Both the position numbers and the translations under genes were made by a program. From positions 67,149 through 131,148 of the forward strand of contig JAFGFE010000040.1 of NCBI GenBank assembly GCA_016931225.1: a stretch of 64,000 nucleotides of DNA. The letters run 5' to 3'. The first letter of the stretch is position 1, and every line of letters starts with the position of its first letter. The notes under the pieces are model-generated. The model ran no database searches. It was not told the origin of the DNA and saw only the letters and a list, made by a program, of their open reading frames with translations. Below, piece after piece: positions 48,295-58,111 of this stretch. This stretch comes from Candidatus Zymogenaceae bacterium. Its GTDB lineage: Bacteria > Desulfobacterota > Zymogenia > Zymogenales > Zymogenaceae.

Positions 48295-49386
48295 TCACTT
48301 CACATGCAATATGCTCATGAGACCGAAGTGATCCGACGGGTGCTGGTTGTTTTTACTCCTGTTCAGCACCACCTCGCTCGATGCGATATCGGACGCCTCG
48401 AACGATCCCCCCGCGAATATGAAATCGATCCTGCGGCATACGAAGTTGTCCATCACGTCCACCGCCTCCACCGGAGTCAGCCCCTCGGTTTCCCGTTCGT
48501 ACAGGGTGATAATGTTCAGGTTTTCGTCCGGATTCCAGGTGTACCCGGGCCGATCCGGGTTGATTTCACCAAAGGTGTCGATGAATCCCGCATTGACGAT
48601 GTCCTGTATTTCCGGAGCATGGATCTGGGCGTTGAAATCGCCCATCAGTACCACGGGAGCATTCTCCGGGACGGTCTCTGTAATCCAGTCGAGCATCAGA
48701 TCCACTTCCTCCTGCCGCCAGACCTGATCGGTTTCGATCTTGGCCAGTATCTCGTCCATCCCCTCGGGCGAGAGGCGCCCGTCGTTCACGGCCTCGGCCA
48801 CGATATCGAAGAACCATTGCTCATGGGGGGGACCCGCATGAATGTGCGTATTCAACAGATACACCGTCTCCCCGGCGATCTCAATCACCCCCCCCACCAC
48901 CTGGTTGGCCTCGGAAAAATGAAACGTGAAAAAATTCGTAATGACGCCGCCCCCCGAGAGCCGCTCCTTGCCCAGGGAGCGAAGATTCAGCTCCTTTTTG
49001 GCCAGAATTGCGTCCCCCTCCCTGAAGTTGGCCGGGATGCCCACACAGCCAATATGGATGCCCCCCATGCCGACGGCAGAGACGTAATCCATATTCAGGT
49101 CTCTGGCCAGTTTCCGGGCGTATCCGGGGAGCGGATTCGCCTCGTTCAGGGCGATGACGTCGGGATCCAGGGCGGTCAGCTCCTCGACCAGAAGGGTATA
49201 TCGCCCTTCCCGCACCTGTTTCGTCTCGTACTCTCCCATCTTCAGGGTGCCGATGTAGTCGAGCCCCGACCAGATATTTATGGTCACCACGCGAAGTTCC
49301 TCTGCGGCCGTGTTAATGGCCCCAAAAAGAACGATACATACCGCCGCGATACATACGATCGACAGAACTGACGAAAAACGCTTCAT
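48295..49386 (-). CDS. Secreted endonuclease/exonuclease/phosphatase family protein
   Basis: TINIW; DVIALNE; NTH; MGDFN; RIDFIF; PSDHFG. Confidence 0.9.
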   Translation of the reverse strand: MKRFSSVLSIVCIAAVCIVLFGAINTAAEELRVVTINIWSGLDYIGTLKMGEYETKQVREGRYTLLVEELTALDPDVIALNEANPLPGYARKLARDLNMDYVSAVGMGGIHIGCVGIPANFREGDAILAKKELNLRSLGKERLSGGGVITNFFTFHFSEANQVVGGVIEIAGETVYLLNTHIHAGPPHEQWFFDIVAEAVNDGRLSPEGMDEILAKIETDQVWRQEEVDLMLDWITETVPENAPVVLMGDFNAQIHAPEIQDIVNAGFIDTFGEINPDRPGYTWNPDENLNIITLYERETEGLTPVEAVDVMDNFVCRRIDFIFAGGSFEASDIASSEVVLNRSKNNQHPSDHFGLMSILHVK

Positions 49387-49486
49387 ACCGACCTCCATAT
49401 CAATCTTGGTCGTTTTCTTCAAGGTTTTTGTTCGTTATCTGTGGGGATAGGAAACGGCATCGGCTCCCAAGTAAGATTTTCCTCTT

Positions 49487-49515
49487 ATTGTAATGACCGC
49501 CGCACGATATGTCAA
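49487..49515 (-). promoter_or_regulatory. Sigma-70-type promoter of the EEP-DUF192 genes
   Basis: TTGACA-N17-TACAAT on the minus strand. Confidence 0.65.
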
Positions 49516-49654
49516 AAGAAAAACGGTGAATCGGTTACTCTCCTGACACATGCAATTACAGGGAGCATCGCAGTATGGTTTTACGACGTGTATCTCTTTA
49601 CAAACCATCCCGACCGTGATAGCTTTGGGAAAATTGATTGAGGAGTACTGTATA

Positions 49655-51067
49655 ATGACGCTGGCGGATCGAGATGTCATGGAGGCGATTTTTGCCCCGA
49701 AGAGCGTGGCGATCGTGGGTGTCCCCGCGGGGATGAAGATGGGGCGGCTGTTTCTCATGGGACTGTTGTCCTCCGGATACCGGGGCGCACTCTTTCTCGT
49801 CAATCCGAAGCTGGATGAACTCGACGGGATGAAGGTCCTCAAACAGACACGTGATATTCCCGGCCCGCTGGATCTTGCGATCGTGCTTGTTCCCCGGGAG
49901 AAACTTTTGGATATCATCGATGAACTGGGAGAGGTCGGAACAAAGGCGGCGGTCATCTTCACCGCCGGGTTGGGCGAGCTTGGATCGGACGGGATGAAAC
50001 AGCAAGAGCAGCTCGTCGATCGGGCGCGAGAACACGGCATCCGGCTCATCGGACCGAATTGTCAGGGGGTGTACGCCCCCCGATCCGGCCTGTCGTTCTT
50101 TCCCGCCATGCCGACGACGGTGGGAAACGTCTCCTTCGTCTCCGGGAGCGGTTCATTGGCCTCCCTCTCCGTGGGCCGGGGAGCCTCCCGGGGGATGTAT
50201 TTCAACAAGGTTATCAGCTTCGGCAACGCCGCCGATCTGACGGCTTCTGATTTTTTCTCCCACTTCGGAGACGACCCGGAGACAAAGGTCATTATCTCCT
50301 ACATCGAGGGCATCCCGGAAGGACGACGTTTTTTTGAAACGGTGATGCGCGTCAGCGCACTGAAGCCGGTGGTGGTCTGGAAGGCGGGCCTGTCCGACTT
50401 CGGCGCCCGGGCCGCTCAGTCCCATACCGGCGCCTTGGCCGGCGACGAGCGAATATGGCACTCGGCCCTGATCCAGGCGGGAGCCGTGCCGGTTTCGGGA
50501 ATGGACGAATTGATCGATACCGCCATGATCTTCTCGTTTTCCCCACGGCCTGTGGGAGATCGGGTGGCGATCCTCTCGGGGCCGGGAGGGCTGGCCGTAT
50601 CCGCCGCCGACGCCGCGGCGCGGGTTGGTCTGAGGCTTGCGACCCTGTCCGACGAGACACAGAAGAAGATCGCGGCCGTCCTGCCCCCGGCGGGGATCAG
50701 CATCCAAAACCCGGTCGACGTGGGCCTGGGCGCGTCGGGGATCGTCGAGCAGTACACGAAGCCGGCCAGGTACCTGATGGAGGACGACGGCGTGGACGTG
50801 GTGGTGGTCATCGGCGGGACATTCGTCCGGGAGATGAATCAAGCGTACAGGCGGGAGTTGATTGCGGCCCGAAATGATACGAACAAGATACTGATAGCCG
50901 TCAACCTGCCGGAGTTCGCCCGGGCCGTACAGGACGACGATACGGACACCGACTTTCTCAACGCAGGCATCCCGGTATACCCTTCACCGGAGCGGGCCAT
51001 GATCGCCCTGGGCGGGGCGGTGAGATATGGGCGATATATACAAAGAGAGCGCCGGGAGTCCGCATAA
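49655..51067 (+). CDS. ADP-forming acyl-CoA synthetase, alpha subunit (CoA-binding)
   Basis: FAPKSVAIVG; GPNCQG; SFGNAAD; YIEG; AQSHTGAL; NPVD. Confidence 0.9.
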   Translation: MTLADRDVMEAIFAPKSVAIVGVPAGMKMGRLFLMGLLSSGYRGALFLVNPKLDELDGMKVLKQTRDIPGPLDLAIVLVPREKLLDIIDELGEVGTKAAVIFTAGLGELGSDGMKQQEQLVDRAREHGIRLIGPNCQGVYAPRSGLSFFPAMPTTVGNVSFVSGSGSLASLSVGRGASRGMYFNKVISFGNAADLTASDFFSHFGDDPETKVIISYIEGIPEGRRFFETVMRVSALKPVVVWKAGLSDFGARAAQSHTGALAGDERIWHSALIQAGAVPVSGMDELIDTAMIFSFSPRPVGDRVAILSGPGGLAVSAADAAARVGLRLATLSDETQKKIAAVLPPAGISIQNPVDVGLGASGIVEQYTKPARYLMEDDGVDVVVVIGGTFVREMNQAYRRELIAARNDTNKILIAVNLPEFARAVQDDDTDTDFLNAGIPVYPSPERAMIALGGAVRYGRYIQRERRESA

Positions 51068-51115
51068 CCGATGATATCGTCATCGGCGTGGGCCGCCGCC
51101 GCGGCGACGACCCGA

Positions 51116-52087
51116 TCACCTCTCGGGCAGGCCGTCTCGATCGAAGCCTTTTTTCAGCTCCCGAAAATAGTCGATGGTCACCTCCAACCCCTCCTCGAAA
51201 CTCACCATCGGCTCCCAGCCGAAGAGCTGCATGGCCCGGGAGATATCCGGCTTTCTGCGAGTCGGGTCGTCGGAGGGAAGCGCGTCAAAGACGATGGAGG
51301 ATTTCCCCCCCGTCATTTCCTGTATGATTTGTGCAATATCCAGAATGGTGTGTTCTGTGGGATTCCCGATATTCACCGGTCCCGGATACGTCGGGTGATC
51401 CATGAGCGAAACCAGCCCCCGAATCATATCGGACACATAACAGAACGATCGAGTCTGGGAGCCGTCTCCGAAGACGGTGATTGACCGGTCCGACAGCGCG
51501 GCCCAAATGAAATTGCTGACGACTCGACCGTCATTCCAGTGCATATTGGGTCCGAACGTGTTGAATATCCGGGCGATGCGGATATCCACGTTATTCTGCT
51601 CATGATAGGAGACCATCAGGGATTCGGCCACTCGCTTGCCCTCGTCGTAACAACTTCGGGGTCCGATGGGATTGACATGCCCCCAGTACTCTTCCGGTTG
51701 CGGGTGTACCTCGGGATCGCCGTACACCTCGGACGTGGAACTCAACAGGATCCGCGCCCCGACCCGCTTTGCCAAACCCAGCATGTTGAGCGTGCCGATG
51801 ACGTTCGTCTTGATGGTCTTGACCGGATTGAATTGGTAGTGTATCGGTGATGCGGGACAGGCGAGATGATAGATCTGATCCACCTCCAGCAGTATCGGCT
51901 CCACCACGTCGTGTCTGATCATCTCGAATCTCGCGTCTCCCATAAACGAGACGATGTTTTCCTTCCTGCCGGTAAAGAAGTTGTCCAGACACAGGACATC
52001 ATGTCCCTGATCGAGAAGCGCGCCACAGAGATGCGATCCAAGGAAGCCGGCGCCGCCGGTAACCAGTACCCTTTTCATCTTCCTCAC
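51116..52087 (-). CDS. uxs: UDP-glucuronate decarboxylase (UDP-xylose synthase)
   Basis: GGAGFLGSH; YHLACPASP; STSEVYGDP; [19 protein letters not shown]. Confidence 0.95.
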   Translation of the reverse strand: MRKMKRVLVTGGAGFLGSHLCGALLDQGHDVLCLDNFFTGRKENIVSFMGDARFEMIRHDVVEPILLEVDQIYHLACPASPIHYQFNPVKTIKTNVIGTLNMLGLAKRVGARILLSSTSEVYGDPEVHPQPEEYWGHVNPIGPRSCYDEGKRVAESLMVSYHEQNNVDIRIARIFNTFGPNMHWNDGRVVSNFIWAALSDRSITVFGDGSQTRSFCYVSDMIRGLVSLMDHPTYPGPVNIGNPTEHTILDIAQIIQEMTGGKSSIVFDALPSDDPTRRKPDISRAMQLFGWEPMVSFEEGLEVTIDYFRELKKGFDRDGLPER

Positions 52088-53394
52088 ACCTCCCGGGGCC
52101 TGCCGATACAGTAATACGAAAAACCCATAAGTTTCATCTCTTTTCGGCTGTATTGATTTCTCCCGTCGAAAATCACCGGCGTCTTCATCAGCTCCTTCAT
52201 GCGCTCGAAATCGGGATTGCGGAATTCATTCCACTCCGTCACCAGGAGCAGGCCGTCGGCGCCGGTGACGGCGTCATAGGCGTCGTCGACATATTGAACC
52301 CGATCGGAAAAGATCGTTTTGAAATTCTCCATCGCCACCGGATCGAATACCAAAACCCGGGCTCCGGCCTCAAGCAGGGCCGTCACAACCTCGATGGAGG
52401 GCGCCTCTCGTATGTCGTCGGTATTCGGCTTGAAGGAGAGTCCCCATACGGCGAACGCTTTTCCTGTTATATCGCCGTTGAAATGATCCAGCACCTTCCC
52501 AACCAGCACCGATTTCTGGCGTCTATTCACATCCAATACGGCGTCGAGGATACTCAGCGAATACCCGTTTTCTCTGGCGGTTTCCGCGATCGCCGCCAGG
52601 TCCTTCGGGAAACATGACCCGCCGAAACCCACCCCCGGAAACAGAAACTTCGGCCCGATGCGGGAATCCGATCCGATGCCCTTCCTGACCCATTCGATGT
52701 TGGCGCCGAGTCGATCACAGAGATTCGCCATCTCGTTCATGAATGATATCTTCGTGGCCAGAAAGGCGTTGGCGGCATATTTCGTCAGTTCGGCGGATCG
52801 GACGTCCATGATGAGAATCGGATTACCGGTACGGGTGAACGGGCCGTACAGCTCCTTCATGATTTCCGCAACCCGCACATCTCCGGTGCCGATTATCACC
52901 CGCTCCGGCCGCATGAAATCCTCAACAGCCGCTCCCTCCTTCAAAAACTCCGGGTTGGAGACAACATCGAACTGATGGGTCGTCTCCCTCCCGATGATCT
53001 CTCTCACTCTATCCGCCGTACCCACCGGAACGGTGCTCTTATCGACGATGATCCTGTATCCATCCATTGCGCGTCCGATATCCCGGGCGACCTCCAGCAC
53101 ATGGGAGAGATCGGCGCTTCCATCTTCATCCGGGGGGGTACCGACGGCAATAAAAAGGATCAAAGATTCTTTCACGGAACCTGTCAAATCGGTGGAAAAG
53201 AGAAGCCTTCCCTTTCTGTGGTTTCGCCGGACAAGATCGGTCAACCCCGGCTCAAAGATGGTAACCTCTCCCGCGTTGAGTTGTTCAATCTTATGCTCAT
53301 CTTTATCCACGCAGATGACATCATTCCCCATATCGGCAAAACAGCTTCCGGTAACCAGTCCCACATATCCGGTGCCGATAATACAGATTTTCAT
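52084..53394 (-). CDS. ugd: UDP-glucose 6-dehydrogenase
   Basis: GTGYVG; KSTVPVGT; NPEFLKEG; [10 protein letters not shown]; [10 protein letters not shown]. Confidence 0.96.
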   Translation of the reverse strand: MKICIIGTGYVGLVTGSCFADMGNDVICVDKDEHKIEQLNAGEVTIFEPGLTDLVRRNHRKGRLLFSTDLTGSVKESLILFIAVGTPPDEDGSADLSHVLEVARDIGRAMDGYRIIVDKSTVPVGTADRVREIIGRETTHQFDVVSNPEFLKEGAAVEDFMRPERVIIGTGDVRVAEIMKELYGPFTRTGNPILIMDVRSAELTKYAANAFLATKISFMNEMANLCDRLGANIEWVRKGIGSDSRIGPKFLFPGVGFGGSCFPKDLAAIAETARENGYSLSILDAVLDVNRRQKSVLVGKVLDHFNGDITGKAFAVWGLSFKPNTDDIREAPSIEVVTALLEAGARVLVFDPVAMENFKTIFSDRVQYVDDAYDAVTGADGLLLVTEWNEFRNPDFERMKELMKTPVIFDGRNQYSRKEMKLMGFSYYCIGRPREV

Positions 53395-53518
53395 GTTCTC
53401 TTCCTCTCGCTGAGTTCGATCCGAAACGTATCAATATCGGTGATTGTAAACGGATAGCGACTGAAAAGCAATATGGAAACACGAAAAAGAGGTTTTTTAC
53501 AATCTCCAATTTTCCTCC

Positions 53519-53547
53519 TTGACACCCTTCGAAAGATGGACTATACA
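53519..53547 (+). promoter_or_regulatory. Sigma-70-type promoter of the GltS-like gene
   Basis: TTGACA-N17-TATACA. Confidence 0.55.
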
Positions 53548-53616
53548 GGGGAAACATCCTGCCCGTCATACAGTAGTTTTTCAATATTGTATCAATGTAT
53601 TCTAAAGGATTACATT

Positions 53617-55068
53617 ATGAGTACCAATTTGGGATGGGACATTGTCGTAGAGCTTTCCATCTTGTGCGCATTCCTCCTTTTGGGCTCCTACCTGCGGGCC
53701 CGCGTAAAGTTTTTTCAGAACTTCCTGGTGCCGGTGGCCCTCATCGGGGGATTCATGGCCATGCTTGCCAATGAAAGCTTCCTCGGCAAGCTGTGCGGGA
53801 TATATATCCCCTTCGATGAAAACCGCCTGGGGATTTATGTGTATCATCTCCTATCGATCACCTTTATCGCCATGGCCTTTCGCGGCCGTGGGGGGGCCAA
53901 GGGAAGAGACGCCGTCGCCATGGGCATCGGCTCATCAACGCTGTACGCACTCCAGGGTCTCGTCGGCATCGGCCTGGGATTTGCCCTGATGTACACGATC
54001 TCCCCCGATCTCTTTCCCACGTTCGGCGCCCTGGCGCCCCTGGGCTTCGGACAGGGACCCGGCCTGACCTACTCCATTGCCCACAACTGGGAGGTGAACT
54101 CCAATTTTGCACATGCGGGGAACCTGGGTCTGACCATGGCCGCCCTCGGATATTTCTGGGCCTGTTTCCTGGGGGTGCCGATCGTCAACATCGGTATACG
54201 AAAAGGATGGTGCGCCTTGGTGAAGGACAAGTCACATCTGAGTAAAGATGTGTATATGGGCTTCTTCAGCAAGGACTCCGAGCGCCCCGAGGCGGGACGC
54301 CTCACCACCACCTCGGAGGCCGTGGAGTCGTTCGCCTTCCACGGCGCCCTCATCGGGATGATGTTCCTGATAACCTATATTCTGATGCAGGGGGTGGTCG
54401 CTCTGCTGTTAAAGGTCAACGCGGGGGGATTCGCCAGCACTCTGGAGGGATTCTACTTCATCTTCGCCACACTGCTGACGCTTCTGGTGAGAAAAATTAT
54501 GGATAAGGCCGGATTCGGCCATGTTATCGACGACGGCATTATGAGCAGGATCGCCGGCTTCTCGGTGGACTTCCTGGTGGTCGCCGCCATCGCCGCCATA
54601 TCCCTGGGCGTGGTGATGAAGTTTATCGTTCCGATACTGATCACCAGTGTGGCTGTGGGGTTGATTACCCTACTCTTCTCCTTCTGGTACGCAAAACGCT
54701 CGTTTGCCACCTATCATTTCGAGCGGGCCATCGCCATCTACGGCATGCTGACCGGGACCATCAACACCGGGCTGATCCTCCTTCGGATGGTCGATCCCGA
54801 GTACAAGACCCCGGTGGCCCAGGACCTGGTCTTTACCAGCGCCATCTCCCTGCCGCTGTGCTTTCCGCTCCTCTTGTTTGTAAACTGGCCGGTGAATGGG
54901 GTTGAGGTGACGGGTGATACCTGGGTCACCGCCGATCCCTCTTTTTACTGGCAGACGCTTGTGGCGATCGGCCTGATGTACGTTATTCTCCTGATTGTAT
55001 ATCGGGTGACCGGGCTGCTCCGTTTCAAGCGGCCCTGGCTCAAGTTGTGGCCGGAAAACGAATCATAA
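53617..55068 (+). CDS. Sodium/glutamate symporter (GltS/ESS) family protein
   Basis: FLVPVALIGG; LGFGQGPG; YGMLTGT...LLRMVDP. Confidence 0.85.
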   Translation: MSTNLGWDIVVELSILCAFLLLGSYLRARVKFFQNFLVPVALIGGFMAMLANESFLGKLCGIYIPFDENRLGIYVYHLLSITFIAMAFRGRGGAKGRDAVAMGIGSSTLYALQGLVGIGLGFALMYTISPDLFPTFGALAPLGFGQGPGLTYSIAHNWEVNSNFAHAGNLGLTMAALGYFWACFLGVPIVNIGIRKGWCALVKDKSHLSKDVYMGFFSKDSERPEAGRLTTTSEAVESFAFHGALIGMMFLITYILMQGVVALLLKVNAGGFASTLEGFYFIFATLLTLLVRKIMDKAGFGHVIDDGIMSRIAGFSVDFLVVAAIAAISLGVVMKFIVPILITSVAVGLITLLFSFWYAKRSFATYHFERAIAIYGMLTGTINTGLILLRMVDPEYKTPVAQDLVFTSAISLPLCFPLLLFVNWPVNGVEVTGDTWVTADPSFYWQTLVAIGLMYVILLIVYRVTGLLRFKRPWLKLWPENES

Positions 55069-55176
55069 GAAACCGCATCCGACGAAAGCCGGTTGAGCGT
55101 TGATACGGGCATTCCGCCCGGGTATGGGTGCGGGCATTGCGTCACATTGAGAACAATTCCCTTAAAACCATGAAAA

Positions 55177-55205
55177 CAAAAAACCCCCTGAAAAGGGGGT
55201 TTTTG
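55177..55205. terminator. Bidirectional terminator between the GltS-like gene and the pilin gene
   Basis: aaaaaccccc-tgaaaa-gggggttttt. Confidence 0.85.
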
Positions 55206-55273
55206 TGCATGTGAGCGAAAGCACTCACAGGCGTGACGGCTCATGCTATCCGAAATACAACATCGCCGGGGAC

Positions 55274-55729
55274 TCAGGGAAATGGATACGGGTCTTCCAG
55301 ATCGTTGACGTCGTCCCAATTGTTCCAGGGCTCCCTGTTGTAATCCATAATGATCCATCGATCCCGAAAGACATCGGGGTCGATGTTCGCCGAACAGGTC
55401 ACAATAAAATGATGCGAGCCGTCCATAGGATTAACGTATTCATTGACATACCAGTCGTTGTAGTACTTCGGGTCCATGATCGGGTCGAAGTTCAGCACCT
55501 CCGGTTCGGTGGAGAATTCACTGAATTCGCCGTAATAGGCGATTTCGCTGGTATACGTACCGCTGAGCAGCACCCGGGCCTCGCTCTGCATCGACTGGGA
55601 ACGATACTTGAGAAACACCGGTATGGCGAATGACGTGATAATGAAAAGGATCATAACCACAACCATCAACTCGATGATGGTAAATCCTTTATCATCCTGT
55701 ATATTCACGCGTTTTCTCAACATCTTCAT
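55274..55729 (-). CDS. pilA: Type IVa pilin
   Basis: KG|FTIIELMVVV prepilin site with E5 and P22; QSEA; deltaproteobacterial-type C-terminal NIDxD...DxW. Confidence 0.85.
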   Translation of the reverse strand: MKMLRKRVNIQDDKGFTIIELMVVVMILFIITSFAIPVFLKYRSQSMQSEARVLLSGTYTSEIAYYGEFSEFSTEPEVLNFDPIMDPKYYNDWYVNEYVNPMDGSHHFIVTCSANIDPDVFRDRWIIMDYNREPWNNWDDVNDLEDPYPFP

Positions 55730-55810
55730 TGTGGATCTCGCTTGACGGTTATTGAACGGAAAAACATGCACTGTGCGGGGACATTGTAGCTATATATGAT
55801 AAGAGTTTAT

Positions 55811-55826
55811 TGCAAGAATTGTTCCA
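55811..55826 (-). promoter_or_regulatory. Sigma-54 (-24/-12) promoter of the pilin gene
   Basis: TGGAACAATTCTTGCA (GG-N10-GC), about 80 nt upstream of the start. Confidence 0.75.
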
Positions 55827-56229
55827 ATCGATGAGTACCCGACACTTGATTTCAATTGATAAATAATAGATATTACTATATCTTTTGAAACATCACCCGG
55901 TCTTTTCTTTCTATGCATATGGGGGAAAACACTATTCTTGCGATTATGCAACTTCCTTTGTTATTGTGCAAAACCGATATGCACCCTCATATTTCCGCCA
56001 TGTCCCCTCACATATGTTACTATATATATCAAAAAAAACAATCCACGTCAATTGTATTGACTATGGTCACTCAATACTCTATAATTTTACGTCGTACAAA
56101 GAAATATCATGTATATATCCCCATTCGCTGTTTCTCGTGATATGAAAGACGTCGGCGCGACGGCGTGTGCCGTTTCCGGTCTTTTAAATATTATCTTTTA
56201 TCTCCATATTTTGTGAGGGAATCACGGTC

Positions 56230-57249
56230 ATGGCTGCCGATACGAAAAAGAAAAAGAGACAATTAGCCATTCTCACGATGATTGCGGTTATTTCTATCAG
56301 CACCTTCCTCTACATCAGTTTCAAACCTTCCGAAAAGGCGAAATCCTATGAGGAGTGCAAGAACCTGTTTGACACCGGGGACTTTACCGGATGTGTCACG
56401 TGCCTGGATAATTACATCCAGACAAACCCGGAATCACAGGCGTATCTCATGCGGGGAGACGCCAATGAAAAAATCAAAAACTACGAAGCGGCCCTCAATG
56501 ATTATACCGAGTTTCTCAATAAAAACAAGTCGAGCCACGAAGTGTACTTCAAGCGCGCCCTGGTATACGAGAAACTGGGGAGGTTGGACGAGGCGCAAAA
56601 TGATCTCAACATATCCTGTATGTACGAATACGCGAAGGCCTGTAATTACGAACTGGCCAAGAAAAGCGGCGGATCCGGTGGCAGCACGGTGACCGACGAA
56701 ACGGGACACTCCGCTACAGATTGGGTTACCGCCGCCGGCGATTATATTAAAGCCGAAAACTATTCGGATGCCGTCGTCGCCTTAAACGCCGCCCTCACCT
56801 TGGATCCAAACCAGACCGATGCGTATCTCTTCAGAGGTCTGAGCTTCAGCAATCTGGGACGCTATGACGAGGCCCTGGCAGACTACAACAAGGTGCTGAC
56901 GACAGACCCCAACAACCTGAAGGCCCTCAATAATCGTGGCGTCGTGTATTGGAAGCTGGAACGCTATGATGAGGCGATGAATGATTACAAGACGATCCTC
57001 TCACTCAATCCAAACGACTACATCGTACTGAATAATCGGGGAGTACTGAACTTTCAGATGGAAAACTTTGAAGCCGCACGAAAGGATTTCGACAGAGTCA
57101 TCAGCCTGAAACCGGACTTCGCCCCCGCCTATCTGAATCGAGGGGTTAATTTCAGCAAAATGAATGATACGACATCGGCTAAAAGGGATTTTACCAAGGC
57201 CTGTGAACTACAGCTTAAACTCGGATGTACCGAAGCGGACAAGCTGTAG
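56230..57249 (+). CDS. Membrane-anchored TPR protein
   Basis: N-terminal TM; two TPR blocks (AYLMRG, ALNNRG, AYLNRG). Confidence 0.9.
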   Translation: MAADTKKKKRQLAILTMIAVISISTFLYISFKPSEKAKSYEECKNLFDTGDFTGCVTCLDNYIQTNPESQAYLMRGDANEKIKNYEAALNDYTEFLNKNKSSHEVYFKRALVYEKLGRLDEAQNDLNISCMYEYAKACNYELAKKSGGSGGSTVTDETGHSATDWVTAAGDYIKAENYSDAVVALNAALTLDPNQTDAYLFRGLSFSNLGRYDEALADYNKVLTTDPNNLKALNNRGVVYWKLERYDEAMNDYKTILSLNPNDYIVLNNRGVLNFQMENFEAARKDFDRVISLKPDFAPAYLNRGVNFSKMNDTTSAKRDFTKACELQLKLGCTEADKL

Positions 57250-57565
57250 GACGTGCGACGATAGAGAATTCCATACCGTTTTATCGGTCTATAGTCTATA
57301 TACAAATATATAATAAACGGCATCGACCTCGGACGCCGTTTTCAATTTCATCCTGTGTGTAAACACCGAACAATCACTGCATGTACTGCGTTGATGAACG
57401 CGGAGTAAAACGTCGCGGTTCAACTTCTCCCGAGAAAATGGAACACGGAAGACAGTGATAATACAAAAAACTTGATTCAATTTTGATTTATGTGGTATAT
57501 TTACTATCTTTCATGGGTTCTGAAGTACCCGATGGTACAGACGAAAGGAGGGGAGGTGAAAATAA

Positions 57566-57763
57566 TTGGAGGTTAAGGTTCACGACAATGATGTCGAGAA
57601 GGCTATAAAAGTCCTCAAGAATAAGCTTGCAAAAAGCGGTTTCTTCAAGGAGATGAAGGAGCGGCGCTATTACGAAAAACCGAGTATCAAGAAAAAAAGA
57701 AAACGGGCGGAAGCGAAAAAACGCGCCCTCAAGGCCATGCGCCGCAGGAAGCAGGACTATTAG
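57566..57763 (+). CDS. rpsU: 30S ribosomal protein S21
   Basis: VEKAIKVLK...EMKERRYYEKPS.KKKRK; TTG start after GGAGGTG. Confidence 0.96.
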   Translation: MEVKVHDNDVEKAIKVLKNKLAKSGFFKEMKERRYYEKPSIKKKRKRAEAKKRALKAMRRRKQDY

Positions 57764-57791
57764 ACAAATTGAGGGACCCTCAATTTGTCTA
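57761..57791. terminator. Perfect 14-bp hairpin after rpsU
   Basis: tagacaaattgagg-gac-cctcaatttgtcta. Confidence 0.65.
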
Positions 57792-58111
57792 CCGTCATGT
57801 AAAAGCCATTGGCATCGCATATAGTAGAAAGATACACTGAACCAACACATCTTGTACCCGGCGTCCCAATCACGCCGGCCGAATCAAACATCGATATAAC
57901 AATTTCAAGCGGGGAGATATGACACATGTCTCCCCGTTTCCTTTTCATCATCCTCGCCCCCCTTTATTTTCTGTATCGGGAGACGCGCACGGCCCTCTGG
58001 CCCTTGCTTTTTTTTATTGAATATGATACACCTTTCTCCATTACGCGTTCGAATGAAACAAGCGCCGCCACCAACTGAATTCCAAATCCACCCTTTTCTC
58101 CGGAGGGATGT

